Source of the DNA: Polymyxa betae A26-41
Taxonomy: Eukaryota > Protista > Endomyxa: Phytomyxea
Length of the DNA: 64,000 nucleotides
Direction of reading: 5' to 3'
NCBI GenBank assembly: GCA_003693705.1
Contig: RBZT01000435.1
Location: forward strand, 62,001 to 126,000
The position numbers and the translations under genes were made by a program. The notes beneath the pieces are model-generated. The model saw only the letters and a program-made list of their open reading frames with translations. It did not search any database and was not told the DNA's origin. This document shows, in pieces, positions 57,856 through 64,000 of this stretch (positions are counted from its first letter, which is position 1; each line of letters opens with the position of its first letter).

Positions 57856-58398
57856 CTATTGACAGCATTTCAGAATAGATTGCTGTAATCTCGAGATTTC
57901 ATCTTGCATCTCCTGTCTCCTATTGATTTTGTCGATTTCATCAGGAGATAGCATCTCGCCGGCTTCGTACCGCTCATGGAGCTCATTCGCTTTCGCCAAT
58001 CGTTTCCTGAGATTGCGTAACTTCTTGCCTAAAGCGATCGGGTCGACCTCAATCTGCACCTCTTCCAGTTTGCTTGTGATCTCTTCGATGCCGTCATCGA
58101 TGGGTTCTATATTCGCCTTCTTGGCCTTATTGCGCTTTCTTCGAACCTTATGCTGCTGCTGTTGTAAGGTCAAACGCTGCTGTTCCTGACGCCACTGCTC
58201 CTCCCTCCAACGATCCTGTTCCAGCGCCTGCGCCAGAGCAGCGTCTCGTTCCTGAATGACCCGCGGCTTGAACGGCTTGTAATCGCCATCGCTACGAAAC
58301 CCGGCCCGAATCCTGATCGGCTTCCGCATGGTGCCATCGGGACGTCGACTAGCCGGAACGACTCGTTCGACCTGACAGGACGGGTCGCTGGTCTGCAT
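57856..58398 (-). CDS. PYM1: Partner of Y14 and Mago (PYM1/WIBG)
   Basis: VPASRRPDGTMRKPIRIRAGF Mago-binding motif; C-terminal KKLRNLRKRL...L..DEIDKI coiled coil. Confidence 0.9.
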   Translation of the reverse strand: MQTSDPSCQVERVVPASRRPDGTMRKPIRIRAGFRSDGDYKPFKPRVIQERDAALAQALEQDRWREEQWRQEQQRLTLQQQQHKVRRKRNKAKKANIEPIDDGIEEITSKLEEVQIEVDPIALGKKLRNLRKRLAKANELHERYEAGEMLSPDEIDKINRRQEMQDEISRLQQSILKCCQ

Positions 58399-58549
58399 GA
58401 TGCCAGATCGAAGAGACGCCGGGCAGAAACCAGCCTTACAAAGGATAGAAAGCAGACTGCAGGCGTTGTCGGCCAATCAAACCATCAACGCGCAATGATA
58501 CTCTGCATGGGTTATTTTTTCTTAAAAATTTATAACGCAATTAACAGAT

Positions 58550-58599
58550 TGTAACGTTACTTCTGTTCGTTGTCTGTAACGTTACTTCTGTTAGTTGTC
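58550..58599. repeat. 25-bp tandem duplication containing the palindrome GTAACGTTAC
   Basis: tgtaacgttacttctgtt[c/a]gttgtc occurs twice, upstream of PYM1. Confidence 0.85.
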
Positions 58600-58630
58600 T
58601 GTCTGTCTTAACAGCTATTACATCATTGTC

Positions 58631-59302
58631 TTATGAGACGGGTGCCATGATATTCACTCGAAAGTCGCCAGATGGTAGCCGCCGCCCGTCTGTCCATGCC
58701 GTCCATCGGCGTATGATCGGGCGTGTGCTCTCTGCTGGAGTCGCCGCCTGTTCGGCTTTGGCCTTCCTTTCGGATTTCGTCGCTGTCGTTCCTTTCACCT
58801 GGATGGTAGCTTGGTTTCGGGCATGTTGGCCAAGTAAACTGCTGGTACTTCGGGATCGGCACATTATTGTTCGAATGGCGACGTTCTGCCACTGAGAAAT
58901 CCTGCATCTTGATGCCGCCTTATTAGTGTTATTATCTGTTGTTGTTGGCTTCTTGGTAACACATCTGCTAAGGTTCGATAAACGATCTGAATTCGGCTCC
59001 ACTTCTTGAGAACGCAAATCGCGACATGAATGGGATTTTGAAAACTGGCTGGTTGCTAAGGGATTATTTCTGGACACAATGAACAGCTGCTTGGTGGTTA
59101 GAGGTTCGCTGGCCAGCCTTAGAGCAGTCGCCCCATATTTTTGCAGCCGACTGGTATTAAGAAGACAAGAAGCGGACGCTGGTCTTAGTAGACGACGCTT
59201 GCAGGAATCTGTCATCAATAAAACTAACAGATTCTGGAAAGATGTTGGCACTGAACTCGGATAATGAAAAATATCTTTTAAACAACTTATTTTTTCTAAC
59301 AA
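58631..59302 (-). CDS. Hypothetical basic low-complexity protein
   Basis: 223-codon ORF filling an otherwise empty gap; no family recognised. Confidence 0.3.
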   Translation of the reverse strand: MLEKISCLKDIFHYPSSVPTSFQNLLVLLMTDSCKRRLLRPASASCLLNTSRLQKYGATALRLASEPLTTKQLFIVSRNNPLATSQFSKSHSCRDLRSQEVEPNSDRLSNLSRCVTKKPTTTDNNTNKAASRCRISQWQNVAIRTIMCRSRSTSSLLGQHARNQATIQVKGTTATKSERKAKAEQAATPAESTRPIIRRWTAWTDGRRLPSGDFRVNIMAPVS

Positions 59303-59512
59303 TCACGCTTTTCAACAAAGTTCTTATCCGAATGAAGTAGCGTGGTGTATGTGAGTTCGCGAAATTGATGGAGGAATTACAATCCCTCAATTGCAGCCAC
59401 TTTTTCAACAATTTGTAACAAAGATTATCAGGACCTGTGACGCGTTTAATCAGCAATATGTTGAAGATATCGCTGCTCTCATACGGATTGGATCTGCATC
59501 GCCAACAAGCAA

Positions 59513-61713
59513 ATGTCATTCGCCTTGCTGTCAGCTCACATTGTCAATGAAGTGAAACGAATCGTGAAATGGTCGGCTCCTGATGGCAACGCCAGTCTAT
59601 GTCTGGTCCTGGATCCATCGCTATCGTCGTCAGTCAGTAGGCTGATAGATTTGCCCACGATGCAATCTATGAACGTGAAAGACATCTTCGAGCTATCTGG
59701 GGTCAGCGATAACCTTGATTGTTCGTAGCCTGTTCATTGACAATCATCTATCTAATTAGGTGGAACCTTTGACGACAGACTGTGAGCACGTTCTCTATAT
59801 TATCAAGCCTGAAGAAGAAATGATGTAGCCATGAATGTTTAATGCTGGGTTTCGATCATTTGTGAATTTTTTTCCAAACTCCTCGATCTATTCATTGCTG
59901 AGAAGACGGTTTTAGAGGGCGAATGGCGTTCCAGGTGTTAAGGCTGAATTCGGTGAAAGCGACTGCAAATTCCGATAGTAAAGCGCCGGTGTGTATAACT
60001 TCCAATAGCAACAATCCAGCATGAATGAAACGATTTTTAGGTGTTCATAGCCTATGTGCCTAATATGACTTCTATCTGTGCAAGACAGCTGGAAAATCTC
60101 GGTTTATATGATAGATTGCACGTCACCTCGTTGCCTGCAATGGCGTTCAACTGTCTTGACGACGATCTGGCAACATTCGACGATGCCGTGACGTTCCAGC
60201 GTGCATTCATCGAGAACGACCCGCACATCGTATATTCGGTCGTAAAGAATCTGTTGGAAATCCAGAGGATTTATGGGCCCTTTGGAGAAGTGTCCGGCAG
60301 AGGAAAAGTGGCCTCGACTGTTTGCGAGATTCTCAGCCGTCGTCAGCAGACGAATGGCAGCGGAATAGGCAATGAAGGGCAGTGTATAGCTCGAGTAATC
60401 TGCATTGACCGAACCGTCGATTTGATCACACCGATGCTAACAGGATTTACATACGAGGGTCCTAAAATGTCTCTCTATGGAAATGTTCGCTAAAACTGAA
60501 TTTAGGAGTGATCGATGAACTTTTCGGTATTGAAATGGGATACTGCAAGGTCTCAAGCGATATTGTTAAAGCGAAAAAAGGGACGCAGTTGCATGATGAG
60601 AAATCCAAAACCGATGCCGAAACCGTCAAATGTCCCCTTTTCAACACCGATCCGAATTACGCCCGAATCAGAGACAAAGGGTAAAGATCTGATGGAAATT
60701 TGATCAATGATAATTGATAACAAGATTCCACTAGATATCCCTTTGTTCTTTCACATATACCAACCTTGATAAAAGAGGTATCCAGCAAACTAAATGAGCG
60801 CAACGAAGCCAAAGAAATCTCGCAATTGAAAGGATTCGTGAAAAGTCTTCCGAACTATCTCTCCGAACTCGTAACATGTTTGTGTATCAACCAAAAACAA
60901 AACATCAACATATTGTAGGATTCAGTATCAACGCATACGAACCTGCTCATGCATCTAACGACGATCACGAATTCGCCGTCTTTTCTACAATTGCTCAGGA
61001 CAGAGGACGCGATGTTGAACAAATCCGATCTCGGTCCAATTGTAGATACAATCGAGTATGTATCTGTGTGACCATAATAGTAGACACTGATCAAACCCTC
61101 ATTTAGATATTCGATTGTCCAGCAAGAACCTTGGCAGAAACCAGTTCGGCTTCTCTGTCTATGGGCCCAGATATATGGTGGGCTAAATGACGATGACTAT
61201 CAGGCATGCTGCAGGAAACTTGTGAATAGCTATGGAGCTGCTCTCATGCTGCCGTTGATTTCTCGATTAGCTCGTTCCGGTCTGTTTTATCGGAAAGACG
61301 AACAGCCAACGAAATTAAACTGGAAAAGTGTCAAACGAGACATGTACTTGATCGCCGATCCTAACAAACCAGCTGATTCTGAATCACCAGACGATTATCA
61401 TTTCGTGCATGGATACTGTACGTATGCACCGATGTCTGTTCGTATGATCGAGAAACGAATCAAGGAGAAGTCTTGGGCATCGGTCAATAATATCGTCAAC
61501 AAGGACGAAGTCTGCTTCAATAAGAAACTTCAGATGGAGCGTCCAGGCGCCACTTTGATCGTGTTCATCGGAGGCATCACGAGAAGTGAGCTGGCTGCCA
61601 TTCGGTTTCTGAACAGCCGTCGCCTTGAATCACCCTATCTCATATGTGGCGGCCTGGTGAATGGCAACACGCTTCTACAATCTATGAAAATACTCTCTCC
61701 TGTTCAACAATAA
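59513..61713 (+). CDS. VPS33: Sec1/Munc18 family protein, VPS33 type (divergent)
   Basis: LVLDPSL, YVPN..SIC...LE..G, CIDRTVDLITPMLTGFTYEG|VIDELFGI, ISQLKGFV, YAPMSVRMIE, LIVFIGGITRSELAAIRFL, LVNGNTLL. Confidence 0.88.
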
Positions 61714-61979
61714 AGAAAGCGAAATATCGACCCCATCACCCCATTTGATACAAATCGCGTTAGCAAACTGTCTGACTGTTTCAGCAGTATTAACGTTACC
61801 CAGTGAGAAAAGTCGCGCACTTTTTTAAAGGAATCTGCCTATTTTGGACAGTGCGTGTGCGTTACGGGTAACGCAGTGATCATGTCGCAACCCTCCCGGA
61901 CGAGATTGCAGCGGGCTGCTGTTTAGGCGAACTACCTGCAGGATCTCCTCGTCATTTGTCGCCGTCCCGGCCGCATCTC

Positions 61980-64000
61980 ATGCGAGCCATCGCCAATCTA
62001 TTCCATCGGCGTCTTCGACCGCAGATATCTCTGCGATGGACCACGAACACGCCATCATCGGACGCCCGCCACGACCTCTACCACGAGATCGGGACGCTGA
62101 CCGCCTCGTTCCACGACTGCCAGAAACAGCTCGCGTCCGTCCAGTATACAGCCCGCCTCAATCCGCACAGCGTTCGCGTTCGAGAGCGCGCTGATCGCAC
62201 CCAGCAGGAGATGGAGCGCGTCCATGACCAATTCCAAATGCTACTGCAACGAGAAGCTCATAAGAGCGTGACCGGCGCCGAGATCGTCTTCAACGGCTAC
62301 AGGCAGCTATTCCAGGCTCGAACATGGCACTATAACGTCCTCATGGATGCCCTGCTGCGTCATTCGCCGGGCCAGTGCGACGCCATGCTCCAGCGCCTGG
62401 ACCAGGACGGGACCGAGCCCGACGTCGAGTTCTTCAATCTGTGGCTGCGGGCGGCGTTGAAGACTCGCGCCAACCTCGACGAAGTCAGGCGCGTCCTGGA
62501 CGAAATGCAGCGTCGCGGCGTCGACGCCGATCGCTACACGCAGTCGACGATGCTGGAAATCCTGTCCCATAATCGTCAGCTGGAGCTCGTCAATGAGACC
62601 TTGGACAGCATGATCCGCGAGTCGCTGGCGCCGACGCCGGCGGCGCTGGCGCGCGTCCTGTGGCTGTACGGCGAGGTCGGCGATGTGGAGCGCGGCGATG
62701 CGATTCGTGATTCGTTGCTGTCGGCGCCGGGACAGACGTATTCGTTGCAGATCTGGACGGCGATTATGCGATACACTATACAGAGAGGGCAGCTGGATGT
62801 TGCAGAGAGGATCTGGGACGAAATGGATCAACAAGATACACGACCTGCTCCGGATGTATTCGATTCATATGTTGGCATATTGCTGGATAACAAGCAGCAG
62901 AGATTATCGTGGGCGGAAAGGCGTCGCCGGCTGAGAAAGTTGCTGGGTCGGGCTGCGAAAGGATTCGTTCGATTATCGCTGCGTCCGGTTCTGCCGATTC
63001 TGCCACAGATCATACAAGACTATATTCATGATCAGGACGTCCTGACCATGTTATTCGAGGCGGTGGCACAGTCGAATTTCACAGCAAAGGTTGGCGTCCA
63101 GGCGTCGTTCTGCGATTGGTTCCATAAGACTGGCGATCTCGAGACATTGAAGGTTGTGATGGAGACGATGGAGAAGGTCGGACTTAGTGCTCAATCGCTC
63201 GGTCATACAATCGTACGGAAATGTGTTGATACCAAGCCCAGTTTATGCCTGAAAGTAACCCGGTTCATGGCTGGACGAGGTATCCCTGTTTATCGCGAAT
63301 CATTGGCCAGTATCGCGTTCGCCGGTGCCATCCGCGGCGATCTCGAGATCTGTGACCAGGTCCGCCAATTGATCGAGGAACTCGGCATGACGCCAACCGA
63401 ACCGTTGCTGAACGCTCATTTAAACACTGCGATCCAATCAAACTGCATGCAGCGTATCGACGAGCTGTTCGCAGAATCCCGTCAGCTCGGATTCACATTA
63501 CAGCCAGAGAACGCTCAATACTTGTTGGTGGCGCTCTCAAACCGCGGTGACCTCGATGCCTGCACGTACCTCTTCGACATGTTGAAGTGCGACGGGACCC
63601 GCGTCCCGACCGCTGTCGAGTACGACAGCCTGATCGCGGTTATCGTCAAGAGCGGCGATCCGCTGCGCGCTTTGGGGTTGGTTCGCGAGATGTGTTCGCA
63701 TGGGCTTTCGCCGTCTTACTCGCTCCTGCACGATGTCATTAATTCGTTCGTGCAGCGCGGCCTGTTGGATGATGCTTTACATCTTGTCGAGAGCCTGCCC
63801 CGGGGCAAGCTTACCGATTTCGCAACGACCTGCAGCAACTTGATCACGTTGCTGGCGCATCGCGGCGAACTCGAACGCTGCGAACGAGTCTGTGTCCTGC
63901 TGGAAGAGGCTGGCGGGTTCCCGAAAATCAGCGCCATGAATGCCCTCATCATTGCATTCGGCAACAACGGCATGGTGGACATGGCTGAGAAACTCTTTTC
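61980..64000 (+). CDS. Pentatricopeptide repeat (PPR) protein, likely mitochondrial; 3' truncated
   Basis: Frame beginning MRAIANLFHRRLRPQISLRW (transit-like) with 35-aa repeats such as HYNVLMDAL...GTEPDVEFFN, DEMQRRGVDADRYTQ and IWTAIMR...AERIWDEM; appears to run off the window edge, so it is absent from the ORF track. Confidence 0.88.
   Translation, partial: MRAIANLFHRRLRPQISLRWTTNTPSSDARHDLYHEIGTLTASFHDCQKQLASVQYTARLNPHSVRVRERADRTQQEMERVHDQFQMLLQREAHKSVTGAEIVFNGYRQLFQARTWHYNVLMDALLRHSPGQCDAMLQRLDQDGTEPDVEFFNLWLRAALKTRANLDEVRRVLDEMQRRGVDADRYTQSTMLEILSHNRQLELVNETLDSMIRESLAPTPAALARVLWLYGEVGDVERGDAIRDSLLSAPGQTYSLQIWTAIMRYTIQRGQLDVAERIWDEMDQQDTRPAPDVFDSYVGILLDNKQQRLSWAERRRRLRKLLGRAAKGFVRLSLRPVLPILPQIIQDYIHDQDVLTMLFEAVAQSNFTAKVGVQASFCDWFHKTGDLETLKVVMETMEKVGLSAQSLGHTIVRKCVDTKPSLCLKVTRFMAGRGIPVYRESLASIAFAGAIRGDLEICDQVRQLIEELGMTPTEPLLNAHLNTAIQSNCMQRIDELFAESRQLGFTLQPENAQYLLVALSNRGDLDACTYLFDMLKCDGTRVPTAVEYDSLIAVIVKSGDPLRALGLVREMCSHGLSPSYSLLHDVINSFVQRGLLDDALHLVESLPRGKLTDFATTCSNLITLLAHRGELERCERVCVLLEEAGGFPKISAMNALIIAFGNNGMVDMAEKLF

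Overview
Gene-dense eukaryotic nuclear DNA with many short (mostly ~40-55 nt) spliceosomal introns and very short intergenic spacers. It is typical of a compact protist genome; a plasmodiophorid/rhizarian origin is a guess, not established. About 35 protein-coding genes can be reconstructed by splicing: RBM22, MRNIP, POLD1, FNTA, an EF-hand protein, Pol lambda, VIPAS39/SPE-39-like, RFC1, HUS1, NSUN5, HSP101/ClpB, ATX1, ECH1, RINT1, C11orf68-like, a cNMP-binding protein, MMS22L-like, TOM1-like, IDI1, ATG7, prolidase, TauE, an OPR-like protein, a formin, an eIF4B/W2 chimera, a CPBP protease, PYM1, VPS33 and a PPR protein. Several genes are missing or unrecognisable in the ORF track: LAMTOR1 with an ATG-only first exon, a 71-aa FRG1-like mini-protein, ATX1, a 59-aa membrane microprotein and the terminal PPR gene. 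Best leads are (i) a VIPAS39 + divergent VPS33 pair (CHEVI-like complex) in an apparently non-animal genome, (ii) the eIF4B-eIF4G(C-terminal) fusion, (iii) a run of DNA replication/repair genes in the first 20 kb, (iv) a secreted, catalytically dead chlorophyllase-like hydrolase, and (v) a D-box-like motif array in the ATG7/prolidase bidirectional promoter. No rRNA, tRNA, CRISPR array or mobile element was recognised. All family assignments come from recognising motifs by eye; no database searches were run.
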